From Chloroflexota bacterium (GTDB lineage Bacteria > Chloroflexota > Anaerolineae > Anaerolineales > UBA11858): a stretch of DNA of 64,000 nucleotides. The stretch covers positions 12,832 through 76,831 of the forward strand of contig JBDRGC010000127.1 in assembly GCA_043818215.1 (NCBI GenBank), written 5' to 3'. This document shows, piece by piece, positions 28,180-37,931 of the stretch. Within the stretch, counting starts at the first letter, position 1. Each line of letters starts with the position of its first letter. The translations under genes were made by a program, and so were the position numbers. The notes under the pieces are model-generated. The model was not told where the DNA came from and ran no database searches. It saw only the letters and a program-made list of their open reading frames with translations.

Positions 28180-29385
28180 ATGAAATTTCTCATCGCCGGC
28201 TTCGGCTCCATCGGACGCCGCCACTTTCGTAATTTGCTTGCTTTGGGTGAGCGTGACATTGTGTTCCTGCGCAGCAAGCGGAGCACTCTGCCCGATGCCG
28301 AGATAGCCGCTTTCCCCGTGGAGACTGATATTCAAGCTGCGCTGGCACACAAGCCGGATGCGGTGATTGTCTCGAATCCCACGTCGCTGCATTTGGATGT
28401 GGCCCTCCCGGCGGCGGAAGCGGGCTGCCACATTTTTTTGGAGAAGCCCATCTCCCATTCGATGGAGCGCGTGGACGAATTGCAGGCCGCAGTCCAGCGC
28501 GGGGGCGGGCAGGTGCTCGTCGGCTTCCAATTTCGCTTTCACCCCAGCCTGGGCCTCATCAAACAATGGTTGTCGGGCAACCACGCCCCACGCTCCACGC
28601 CTCACGCTCCACCCCCCACGCCCCATGCTCTACGCTCCACGCCACACCCCCCACGCCCCATGCTCCACGCCTCACGCTCCACGCCCCACGCTCCACGCTC
28701 CACGCCCCACCACACCCCACGCCCCACGCACCACTCCCCACTCCCCGCGCCCCCAATCTCCAATCTCCAATCTCTAATCTCCAATCCCCACTCCCCCATC
28801 GGCCGGCCCCTTTCCGCCCGCGCCCACTGGGGCGAATATCTCCCCGGCTGGCATCCCTGGGAAGATTATCGGCAGGGGTACAGCGCGCGGGCAGATTTGG
28901 GAGGCGGCGTGATTCTGACACTTTGCCATCCTTTGGATTATCTGCGCTGGTTGTTGGGTGATGTGACAGGATTGTGGGCGTTTACGGGAAAGGCCGGCGA
29001 TTTGGAGTTGGCAGTCGAAGATACTGCTGAAATCGGGCTTCATTTCGCCAGCGGAGTGATTGGCAGTGTGCATCTGGATTATAATCAACGCCCCCCGTCC
29101 CATCACTTGGAAATTGTGGGAACTCATGGAACCATCCGCTGGGACAATGCCGACGGCGCGGTGCATATCTATCGTGCCTCTTCTGATGAATGGGGCATTT
29201 ACCCGCTTCCGCAGGGGTTCGAGCGCAACCAATTGTTCCGGGATCAGATGAAGCATTTCTTAGCGGTCGTGGGTGAGGGCGAGCAGCCTGTCTGTACTCT
29301 CGAAGATGGTGTGTGGGCATTAAGGCTGGCATTGGCCGCGCACGAGTCGGCTCGAAAAGGGGAAGTTATTACTTGGGCAGCGTGA
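28180..29385 (+). CDS. Gfo/Idh/MocA-family oxidoreductase carrying a ~70-aa array-encoded insertion
   Basis: The N-terminal Rossmann domain (MKFLIAGFGSIGRRH, EKP motif) and the C-terminal Gfo-type domain are separated by the low-complexity stretch HAPRSTPHAP...PISNLQS. Confidence 0.75.
   Translation: MKFLIAGFGSIGRRHFRNLLALGERDIVFLRSKRSTLPDAEIAAFPVETDIQAALAHKPDAVIVSNPTSLHLDVALPAAEAGCHIFLEKPISHSMERVDELQAAVQRGGGQVLVGFQFRFHPSLGLIKQWLSGNHAPRSTPHAPPPTPHALRSTPHPPRPMLHASRSTPHAPRSTPHHTPRPTHHSPLPAPPISNLQSLISNPHSPIGRPLSARAHWGEYLPGWHPWEDYRQGYSARADLGGGVILTLCHPLDYLRWLLGDVTGLWAFTGKAGDLELAVEDTAEIGLHFASGVIGSVHLDYNQRPPSHHLEIVGTHGTIRWDNADGAVHIYRASSDEWGIYPLPQGFERNQLFRDQMKHFLAVVGEGEQPVCTLEDGVWALRLALAAHESARKGEVITWAA
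28580..28796. repeat. in-CDS heptamer arrays (CACGCCC/CACGCTC ~24 units, then CCAATCT ~5 units)
   Basis: Read directly. It is open in all three forward frames and two reverse frames (ORF track 28180.., 28367.., 28566.., 28559..28921, 28602..28799). Confidence 0.9.
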
Positions 29386-29391
29386 ACGGCA

Positions 29392-30981
29392 TCAAGGCTG
29401 AATTTGGACACGATCCCATAAAATGTTTGCAGAATCGCTGAGAATTGAGAAAAGCATTCCATCAACTTCAACAACTGTATAATACTGTTCGATGTATTTC
29501 TCGGCGGGTTGGCTGTCACCCCAAAGCTGAACGATTATATCGGGTTTTAGTTGACCGATAGAGTAATCGTAATCCCATTTCATGTGGCCGGGGCGGATAT
29601 CAGCTAAAGCGGGCGGAATGTGGCTGGGGCGGTGGGCAATGATGGGATCGTTTTTCCCGAGCAGATCAATTGCCGGCCGGGTACTAAAGTAAGGAATAAC
29701 GCCCGCAGTGACCACGGCAAGATGGGCCTCGGGAGTGGTGATCTGTTTTAGGGCTAAGGCAATGCGCAGGTCCTCTTTGTTGCCTTCTACAAAAATGGGT
29801 TGGCGCTTCAATATCCAGGTTTCGATAGTGCGGCGAGCAGTTCTGAGCGTGAAATTGAAATTATACATGCTGGCAAGTACGAAAAGAGCAATACCCAAAT
29901 TTATGAGTATTTGCTTCGAGGGGGCCAATGCGTTTGTGTGGGATGCTATTGCTCGGAATATTTGTTCTGTGCTGTGAGTGAAGAGAATAAAAAATATGGG
30001 AATGCCGATGGAAATGTAACGGTTGCTGCCTCCCTGGTGCTCCCATGCGTCTCCCCCGACGTATATGCTATAGGCGATTTGCCCTAAAATGATCAGCGCC
30101 AAAAGCAGGGTGACTCGATTGCGCCGGAAAGCGAGCAGCGAGAAGGGCAGCAGGAATAGTACCCAATTCATTTGGACGGCAAATTCAGAAAAGACATACA
30201 GTCCTCGTTTGATCCGCAAAAGCAGCGGGAAACCCTCCATTTTTAGATAGTAGGTATTGGGTAGCACATCGCCGTAATACCAGAAACGGAATAGTGTTTG
30301 GCTAAGAATGAAAGCTGCTAAAAGCCCCAGCCCCCAGACGAAATTATTTTTACGGTTCTTTGAATCTGCGATGAACAGGTAGCCGAATATGACCAGGTAA
30401 GGGACAGCCATATCAATTCGCACTAATGTGCCCACACCGAGCAAAACGTAGATCCAGGGGGAGAAACGGTTATTGCGTAAGCATTGTATGGTCATCCATA
30501 GCGCCACACTTGTGATCAACGTGAGGATACTGACCTCCATGCCTTGCAAGCCCCAATTGTTCAACGGCATATAGAAAGCGGTCAATATCATAGCGAGCAC
30601 AGGAACTATGATGTTGGTGGAGAGAGACGCCGCGATTTTCTTGACATAAACCAGGTTAGCGGTGAGGAATATCGCCCCACTGATTTGGATCGGAAGGCTC
30701 ATCTTCGCTATTGGGATGGGCAATAAATGGAAGATCGCCATGAAAACCACCCATAATGGGTTTGTGTAACCTTCGACGGGAAGTTCACCCGGATTCCAAA
30801 CCAAACCGTACCCCTCAGCCAGGTTTTTGGCGTAGCGCATGGAGATCATAGCGTCATCGAAGAGAACGAAATAGCGTTCGCCGTCTGCTACAAAACTGGT
30901 TTTATAGATATATATCCCTGCATAGAGTACATAAACGAGAATGATGAGAACAAAAGGCCAGTTTTTTTTGATAGTATTCAT
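29392..30981 (-). CDS. polytopic membrane protein, GT-C-like (ArnT/PMT-type) glycosyltransferase candidate
   Basis: 529 aa with more than 10 predicted TM segments. The first-loop acidic motif (FDDAMISMRYAKN) is as in GT-C enzymes. It is visibly more AT-rich than its neighbours. Confidence 0.5.
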   Translation of the reverse strand: MNTIKKNWPFVLIILVYVLYAGIYIYKTSFVADGERYFVLFDDAMISMRYAKNLAEGYGLVWNPGELPVEGYTNPLWVVFMAIFHLLPIPIAKMSLPIQISGAIFLTANLVYVKKIAASLSTNIIVPVLAMILTAFYMPLNNWGLQGMEVSILTLITSVALWMTIQCLRNNRFSPWIYVLLGVGTLVRIDMAVPYLVIFGYLFIADSKNRKNNFVWGLGLLAAFILSQTLFRFWYYGDVLPNTYYLKMEGFPLLLRIKRGLYVFSEFAVQMNWVLFLLPFSLLAFRRNRVTLLLALIILGQIAYSIYVGGDAWEHQGGSNRYISIGIPIFFILFTHSTEQIFRAIASHTNALAPSKQILINLGIALFVLASMYNFNFTLRTARRTIETWILKRQPIFVEGNKEDLRIALALKQITTPEAHLAVVTAGVIPYFSTRPAIDLLGKNDPIIAHRPSHIPPALADIRPGHMKWDYDYSIGQLKPDIIVQLWGDSQPAEKYIEQYYTVVEVDGMLFSILSDSANILWDRVQIQP

Positions 30982-31375
30982 GGTATCCTTTTCCGGTGAG
31001 ATTTTGAGTAGAATGTCTCACATTATATAGCATTGAAGGATACCTGTCATCTGGTATTGCGTTGGCTATACGGGAAAGATTTGTAGCGCGATTTTGGAAA
31101 ATCGCTCAGGCAGCGAAAACTGCTATAATTGCACCTTCGTCGGCAGCTTTTACACCACTGTCATAACCGCATCTAGCGCCTCATCGCTATTTGTAAACCA
31201 ACAAGAAAACTACTCAGCCTGCTCAGGTTCGGCAGTTGGAAACTGCACCAACGAAGATCACAAAGCTGACCGGAGCCTGCACAGAGCTTGTCGAAGTGTC
31301 GGCTAGGAGTCCACGAAGGTGGACTTCGTGCATTTCGTTGCTGCGACTTAAGTCGCCCCGACATGGGCCAAGTAG

Positions 31376-33127
<1,752 letters not shown>

Positions 33128-33198
33128 GTTTTGGAGCGATTCCCAGGTTTCAAAGGACGTTTTGCCAACTCAGAAAGTGCGTCGCACCTGAACTAACC

Positions 33199-34251
33199 AT
33201 GCCCGATTTACCTCGACTTTTCGATCTGACAGACCGCGTTGCCATCGTCACCGGCGCCGCCGGCCTGTTGGGAACTGAATTCTGCCGCACACTGGCCGAG
33301 GCTGGGGCGGCGGTTACGATTGCGGATATGGATGGGGACTCTGCCGCTGATGTGGCGGATACCCTCACCCGAGGCGGATTCCGCGCCCTGGGGCTTAAAA
33401 CCGACGTGACCGCGCCGGATTCCGTTACCCGAATGGTGGCTGCTACCCTGGGGGCATTTGGGCGTCTCGACATCCTGGTTAACTCCGCCGCTCTCGATCC
33501 CAAGGTCAGGGAGCAGGAAGCAGGAAACCAGGAATCAGGAAACCAGGGATTAGGGACTAGGGATCAGGGACTAGGGACTAGGGATCAGGGATCAGGAAAC
33601 CAGGGATCAGGAAACCAGGGATCAGGAAACCAGGGATCAGGAAACCAGGGATCAGGAAACCAGGGATCAGGAAACCAGGGATCAGGAAATCAGGGATCAG
33701 GGACTAGGAATCAGGAACCGGGAGAATCCCTAACCCCTAACCCCCTAACCCCTAACCCCTTGTCCCTCACCTTCGAAGACTACCCCCTCGAACTCTGGCA
33801 GCAAGCTCTGGACGTCAACCTGACGGGGGCTATGCTATGCTGTCAAGCCGCCGTGCGGCCCATGTTGGAACAGGGCCGCGGGGTCATCATCAACATCGCT
33901 TCCATCTACGGCCTCGCCGCCCCCGACCAGCGACTCTATCAGCGTGAAGGGCAGTTCCCGCAGTACAAGCCCGCCTATTACACCGTCACCAAAGCCGGCG
34001 TGCTCGGTCTCACCAAATATCTGGCGGCCTATTATGCTGGCAAGAATATCCGCGTCAATGCCCTGACTCCCGGCGGCGTCTACAACGGCCACGATGACGA
34101 GTTCGTCAAAGCCTACTCCGCCCGCGCCGTCATGGGCCGCATGGCCGAAAAAGACGAGATGAACGGCGCCCTCCTCTTCCTGGCCTCCGAGGCCTCCAAA
34201 TACATGACCGGCGCTAATCTCATCGTCGATGGGGGCTGGACAGCGTGGTGA
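33199..34251 (+). CDS. SDR-family oxidoreductase carrying an ~85-aa array-encoded insertion
   Basis: TGAAGLLG, NSAA and YxxxK (YTVTK) motifs. The insertion (GSGNQ)n lies right after the NSAA strand. ATG at 33199. Confidence 0.75.
   Translation: MPDLPRLFDLTDRVAIVTGAAGLLGTEFCRTLAEAGAAVTIADMDGDSAADVADTLTRGGFRALGLKTDVTAPDSVTRMVAATLGAFGRLDILVNSAALDPKVREQEAGNQESGNQGLGTRDQGLGTRDQGSGNQGSGNQGSGNQGSGNQGSGNQGSGNQGSGNQGSGTRNQEPGESLTPNPLTPNPLSLTFEDYPLELWQQALDVNLTGAMLCCQAAVRPMLEQGRGVIINIASIYGLAAPDQRLYQREGQFPQYKPAYYTVTKAGVLGLTKYLAAYYAGKNIRVNALTPGGVYNGHDDEFVKAYSARAVMGRMAEKDEMNGALLFLASEASKYMTGANLIVDGGWTAW
33506..33762. repeat. in-CDS arrays: CAGGAAAC/TAGGGAC words, a 15-nt (7+8) unit CAGGGATCAGGAAAC x~8, then CCTAACC
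   Basis: Read directly. The 15-nt composite period keeps the frame and gives (GSGNQ)n. Confidence 0.9.
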
Positions 34252-34352
34252 TTCCAGTGTTCAGTATTCAGTTTTCAGTAAAACCGAACACCGAATGCCG
34301 ATCACTGAACACTGAACACTGGACACTGAACACTGAATACTGATGACTGAAA
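34252..34352. repeat. inverted heptamer arrays (TTCAGTG/TTCAGTA then CACTGAA)
   Basis: Read directly, immediately after the SDR stop. Confidence 0.85.
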
Positions 34353-34396
34353 CCCCCGCCCTCACCCCCGCCCGCGGCGGTTGGACGGCTTGGTAA
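34343..34396 (+). pseudogene. orphan 5' end (13 codons + junction) of the NeuA-like cytidylyltransferase gene
   Basis: ATG ACT GAA ... GCC CGC GGC GG encodes MTETPALTPARGG, matching LIPARGG of the intact gene at 37205-37225. It diverges after GCGGCGG. Confidence 0.6.
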
Positions 34397-34529
34397 AAAG
34401 AGCGTTCAGTGCCGGGGGGGGGGTATAATCAAGTATCCGATTCAAGAGGAAAGACACGGATGCGAGGGTGGAAAATGAATTGGCGCAATACAATGTAGTA
34501 TTGGCTTTGCAGCTTGGAGGTTTGGCGTT

Positions 34530-34889
34530 ATGAGTACACTTGATTTGCCAACAACTCTGACGAAGGAGATTCGATGGGAAGCAGAGACCGCTGGAATGTC
34601 AGTGGCGGATTTGCTAGGAGATGCAATTTACCATTACAAGTTAGTATTACAACGCCGCAAGATCAACGCGGAAGCCACTTGGTGGAATAGCGCATCTTCC
34701 GAGATACGTGACATCTACCAGGGGGAATACGTCGCGATTCACTGCCAACAAATTGTGGACCACGACGTTGATCGAGCAGCGCTCTATGACAGAGTGAGAA
34801 AGAAGTACGAAGACGCGGCTGTGCTCATTACCCCGGCCCGTGGAATTCCAACGCTTCGCATCTTAAGCCCTCGCCTGGAACGTTTATGA
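34530..34889 (+). CDS. DUF5678-like small protein (antitoxin-like partner of the aspartic protease)
   Basis: The YQGEYVAIHCQQIVDHD pattern is present, with a 4-nt overlap with the downstream gene. Confidence 0.45.
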   Translation: MSTLDLPTTLTKEIRWEAETAGMSVADLLGDAIYHYKLVLQRRKINAEATWWNSASSEIRDIYQGEYVAIHCQQIVDHDVDRAALYDRVRKKYEDAAVLITPARGIPTLRILSPRLERL

Positions 34890-35293
34890 ACATACCTTAT
34901 GATCCCTCGTACTGGCCGCCCTTTCCGGTTTTAGAAATTTCCCTGGCTCTGCGAGAGCAGCGACCTCAGGTTGGGCCTCTGCTTGCCCTGGTCGATACAG
35001 GCGCAGATGGGACTTTTATTCCCATCACGCATATCAAAACTTTGAGAGCGCCTGTGAGCGGACAGATGATCGTTCATCCGCAGTTTGGCAGCCCATACGT
35101 AGCACATACGCATACATTGGATGTTTTAGCCGGATCAATTCGGCTTTCCGCAATAGAGATTGTAGGAGATGACACGGGAAACGAGATTATTCTGGGTCGT
35201 AATCTGCTCAATAAGTTGGTGATGCTGCTAGATGGGCCGCAGGCTCAAACCGGCGTTTGGGAAAGCCGCCCGGATATTCACTGGCGGAAATAA
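34886..35293 (+). CDS. retropepsin-like (clan AA) aspartic protease
   Basis: ALVDTGADGTFIP contains the D-T/S-G catalytic triad, and the later IILGRNLL flap/closing motif is present. Confidence 0.6.
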   Translation: MNIPYDPSYWPPFPVLEISLALREQRPQVGPLLALVDTGADGTFIPITHIKTLRAPVSGQMIVHPQFGSPYVAHTHTLDVLAGSIRLSAIEIVGDDTGNEIILGRNLLNKLVMLLDGPQAQTGVWESRPDIHWRK

Positions 35294-35377
35294 GATAAAG
35301 GACACGGATGCGAGGGTGGAAAATGAATTGGCGCAATACAATGAACGCATCCCAGGAGTAATTGTTGGAGGTGTAGG

Positions 35378-35650
35378 ATGAAAAGAGTATTGATGTTTCC
35401 GATGTTTCGGTATGTAAAAGCTGCTTTGAGTCAGGCGGAATATGAGCGCAATGAGGATGGCGTCATCATTGCCCAGATAACGAACGCATCTGGTTTTTAC
35501 GCCCAAGGGGACACTTTCGAGGAAGCCCGCGAGAACTTGCGAGACGTAATCGAAGGCAATGTAGTATTGGCTTTGCAGCTTGGGTTGGAGATTCCGGCTA
35601 TCGAGGGGATAATCATTGAGGAACAAAATGTCGAGGCTGTCGCCGCTTAA
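35378..35650 (+). CDS. hicB: HicB-family antitoxin (second locus)
   Basis: GVIIAQITNASGFYAQGDTFEEARENLRDVIE is the pattern of HicB/UPF0150. Confidence 0.65.
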   Translation: MKRVLMFPMFRYVKAALSQAEYERNEDGVIIAQITNASGFYAQGDTFEEARENLRDVIEGNVVLALQLGLEIPAIEGIIIEEQNVEAVAA

Positions 35651-35852
35651 GCCCCATCAGGTCATTCACAAATTACAGAAGCTGGGCTATGAGGGGCCGT
35701 ATCCAGGAGGCCGTCACGTTCGCATGGTTCACGAGGAAACAGGGCAAATCGTTCCTATACCTATGCACAAGGGCAAGGATGTTAGCGTTGGGCTGATTCG
35801 GGCTATCATCCGTCAGGTTGGCATTACGCCCGAAGAGTGGAAGGAGTTGTAA
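35628..35852 (+). CDS. hicA: HicA-family toxin (second locus)
   Basis: The KPHQVIHKLQKLGY...GGRHVRMVH pattern is present. ATG at 35628 preferred over 35616. Confidence 0.7.
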   Translation: MSRLSPLKPHQVIHKLQKLGYEGPYPGGRHVRMVHEETGQIVPIPMHKGKDVSVGLIRAIIRQVGITPEEWKEL

Positions 35853-35982
35853 GGTTGAGAAAATCACAATATTAACATCCAATCTCCAATCTCCAGTCCC
35901 CAATCTCCAATTACCAGGTTCTGGTCCTCATCCCTGCCCGCGGCGGCTGGACGATGTAGTGAGGCAGAATGCATCGGGGAAC

Positions 35983-36327
35983 ATGAATATGAAGCTTCGC
36001 GATCTCGTCAATCGAGTTAGTATCGACCCTCGCAAACTAACAGAATACGCGTTACACCCCGATCACCCAAGAGGTGGTCACAAAGCGCGTGTATTTGAGG
36101 CGGCACTGGGATATAATCAAAGCAACTATCAATCCCTGCTTGACCAAATCGCGGATGAAGCCCTGGAATCTGAAGTGATACCAGGACAGGTTGATCAATT
36201 TGGGCAACGGGTCTGTGTTGGTTTGGAAGTTACAGGTGTGGAAGGCCAACGAGTGATTGTGCTAAGTGTTTGGATGATAGTGTCGCATGGTAGCGAAGCT
36301 CGTCTGGCCACATTGTATCCAAAGTGA
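35983..36327 (+). CDS. DUF6883-like protein
   Basis: 114 aa from the ATG at 35983. The KLTEYALHPDHPRGGHKARVFEAALG pattern is recalled for DUF6883. Confidence 0.5.
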   Translation: MNMKLRDLVNRVSIDPRKLTEYALHPDHPRGGHKARVFEAALGYNQSNYQSLLDQIADEALESEVIPGQVDQFGQRVCVGLEVTGVEGQRVIVLSVWMIVSHGSEARLATLYPK

Positions 36328-36336
36328 GAAGAGCTT

Positions 36337-36690
36337 ATGTCCGATCCAGAACTTTTTGATGTAATAGAATTACTCACAGATGTGCCTGAACAAAACCTGC
36401 GCGCAGGTACTCAGGGTACCATTGTGCATCAATATTCCGATGAAATTTTTGAAATCGAGTTCACCAACACTGAGGGAGAGACGTTGGCCTTGTGTGCGCT
36501 TCCATTTCGGCAGTTTATTGTCGTCTGGCAATCGGAGTATCAACGATGGGTACCAGTCGTTGAGCAACTTGTCCAAATAGTTGCTCGCTTGCCAGAAAAA
36601 GCTGGGACAGAAGTGCTCGACTTTGCACGATTTATCAGCGTTCGCACTGAACACCGTCACCCCACCCGCGTAGAACGTGTAGCTGCATAG
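36337..36690 (+). CDS. DUF4926-like protein
   Basis: FDVIELLTDVPEQNLRAGTQGTIVHQY..EIFEIEF is the pattern recalled for DUF4926. It is paired with the upstream gene. Confidence 0.5.
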   Translation: MSDPELFDVIELLTDVPEQNLRAGTQGTIVHQYSDEIFEIEFTNTEGETLALCALPFRQFIVVWQSEYQRWVPVVEQLVQIVARLPEKAGTEVLDFARFISVRTEHRHPTRVERVAA

Positions 36691-37065
36691 ATCCCTTATC
36701 CCTGGTAGTCCCCAAGATTGGCGGAGCATCCGGTACCAATCACGCGTACAGATAGCCAACGTGATAATATTATCCAATTGGCAGATTTTGTAGCCGGGGC
36801 AACCTACCAAAAACACATCCGAGGCAATTGTGTGTACACAGACCTTTTCGCCGAACGAGTGGTAGTGGAACGCACCATCCAATGGCACCCAAAATAAAAA
36901 AGGACAGGGATCCCGAGGGGCGTTTTAACCTGATCTTGTGTCAGGTGGGCCACGGTAATCGCGACCCCGCCGCACTCAGCCTTACTCCCTGTCATTGCTT
37001 ATAGTCTACTACAAAATAAGACAGAGGCAAACAGCAAAAGGGGTGAGAAAATCACAACATTAACA

Positions 37066-37190
37066 TCCAATCTCCAATCTCTAATCTCTAATCTCCAATC
37101 TCCAATCCCCAACCTCCCATGTACAATCCCCAATCCCCAATCTCCAATCTCCATTCTCCAATCTCCATTCTCCATTCTCCAATCTCCAAT
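37066..37190. repeat. heptamer array (CCAATCT and variants, ~17 units)
   Basis: Read directly. It contains the only in-frame ATG (37119) of the NeuA-like ORF. Confidence 0.9.
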
Positions 37191-37931
37191 TACCAGGTTC
37201 TGGCCCTCATCCCCGCCCGCGGCGGATCGAAATCCATCCCCCGCAAGAATATCATCGACTTTGCCGGCCACCCGCTGATCGCTTACAGTATCGCCGCAGG
37301 ACTGGCCGCCGAGACTGTGACGCGGGTGATCGTCTCCACCGATGACGATGAGATCGCCGCCATCTCCCGCCGCTGCGGGGCCGAGACTCCCTTTCTGCGT
37401 CCTGCGGAACACTCTCTCGACAACACCCCCGACCTGCCCGTCTTCCGGCAGGCCCTGGAATGGCTGGCCGACAACGAAGGCTACTGCCCGGACATCGTCG
37501 TCCAACTGCGGCCCACTTCCCCTTTCCGTCGCGTTTGGCATATCGACCAGGCTGTCTTGCGGCTCATCGAGCACCCCGAAGCCGACGCGGTGCGCACCGT
37601 CTGTGTGCCCTTCCAGAACCCCTTCAAAATGTGGCGCATCGCCCCCGACGGGTTAATGCAGCCCCTCGGAACCGAGCTGGGCATCCCCCGCGAGCCATAC
37701 AACCAGCCCCGGCAAGCCCTCCCCGAAGTCTACTGGCAGACCGGCTACGTCGATGCTGCCTGGGCCGACACCATTCTCTCGAAGAATTCCATGACCGGGG
37801 ACGCAATCCTACCCCTGGTCATCGACCCCTCCGAATGGGTGGACATCGACTCTCCCAATGATTGGCGCAGGGCGGAGAGACTGTTGGAGAGCGGGGAGGT
37901 TACTTTGGATGATCTAGGTTTTTCTATTTAG
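37119..37931 (+). CDS. acylneuraminate cytidylyltransferase family (NeuA/LegF/PseF-like CMP-nonulosonate synthetase)
   Basis: LIPARGGSKSIPRKNI N-terminal motif and the CTP_transf_3 layout. The first ~25 codons are array-encoded, so the true start is uncertain. Confidence 0.8.
   Translation: MYNPQSPISNLHSPISILHSPISNYQVLALIPARGGSKSIPRKNIIDFAGHPLIAYSIAAGLAAETVTRVIVSTDDDEIAAISRRCGAETPFLRPAEHSLDNTPDLPVFRQALEWLADNEGYCPDIVVQLRPTSPFRRVWHIDQAVLRLIEHPEADAVRTVCVPFQNPFKMWRIAPDGLMQPLGTELGIPREPYNQPRQALPEVYWQTGYVDAAWADTILSKNSMTGDAILPLVIDPSEWVDIDSPNDWRRAERLLESGEVTLDDLGFSI

Larger units (their letters stand above)
34381..35946. mobile_element. candidate inserted cassette E1 (DUF5678 + retropepsin-like + HicB/HicA, ending in a CCAATCT array and a replacement 5' gene end)
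   Basis: It is bounded on both sides by the same core ...GCCCGCGGCGG. It begins TTGGACG, and its right end of 91 bp is shared with E2. Confidence 0.5.
35947..37225. mobile_element. candidate inserted cassette E2 (DUF6883-like + DUF4926-like pair, gene remnants, CCAATCT array and the functional 5' end of the NeuA-like gene)
   Basis: It begins CTGGACG directly after the repeated core GCCCGCGGCGG and ends with the same core at 37225. Confidence 0.5.
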
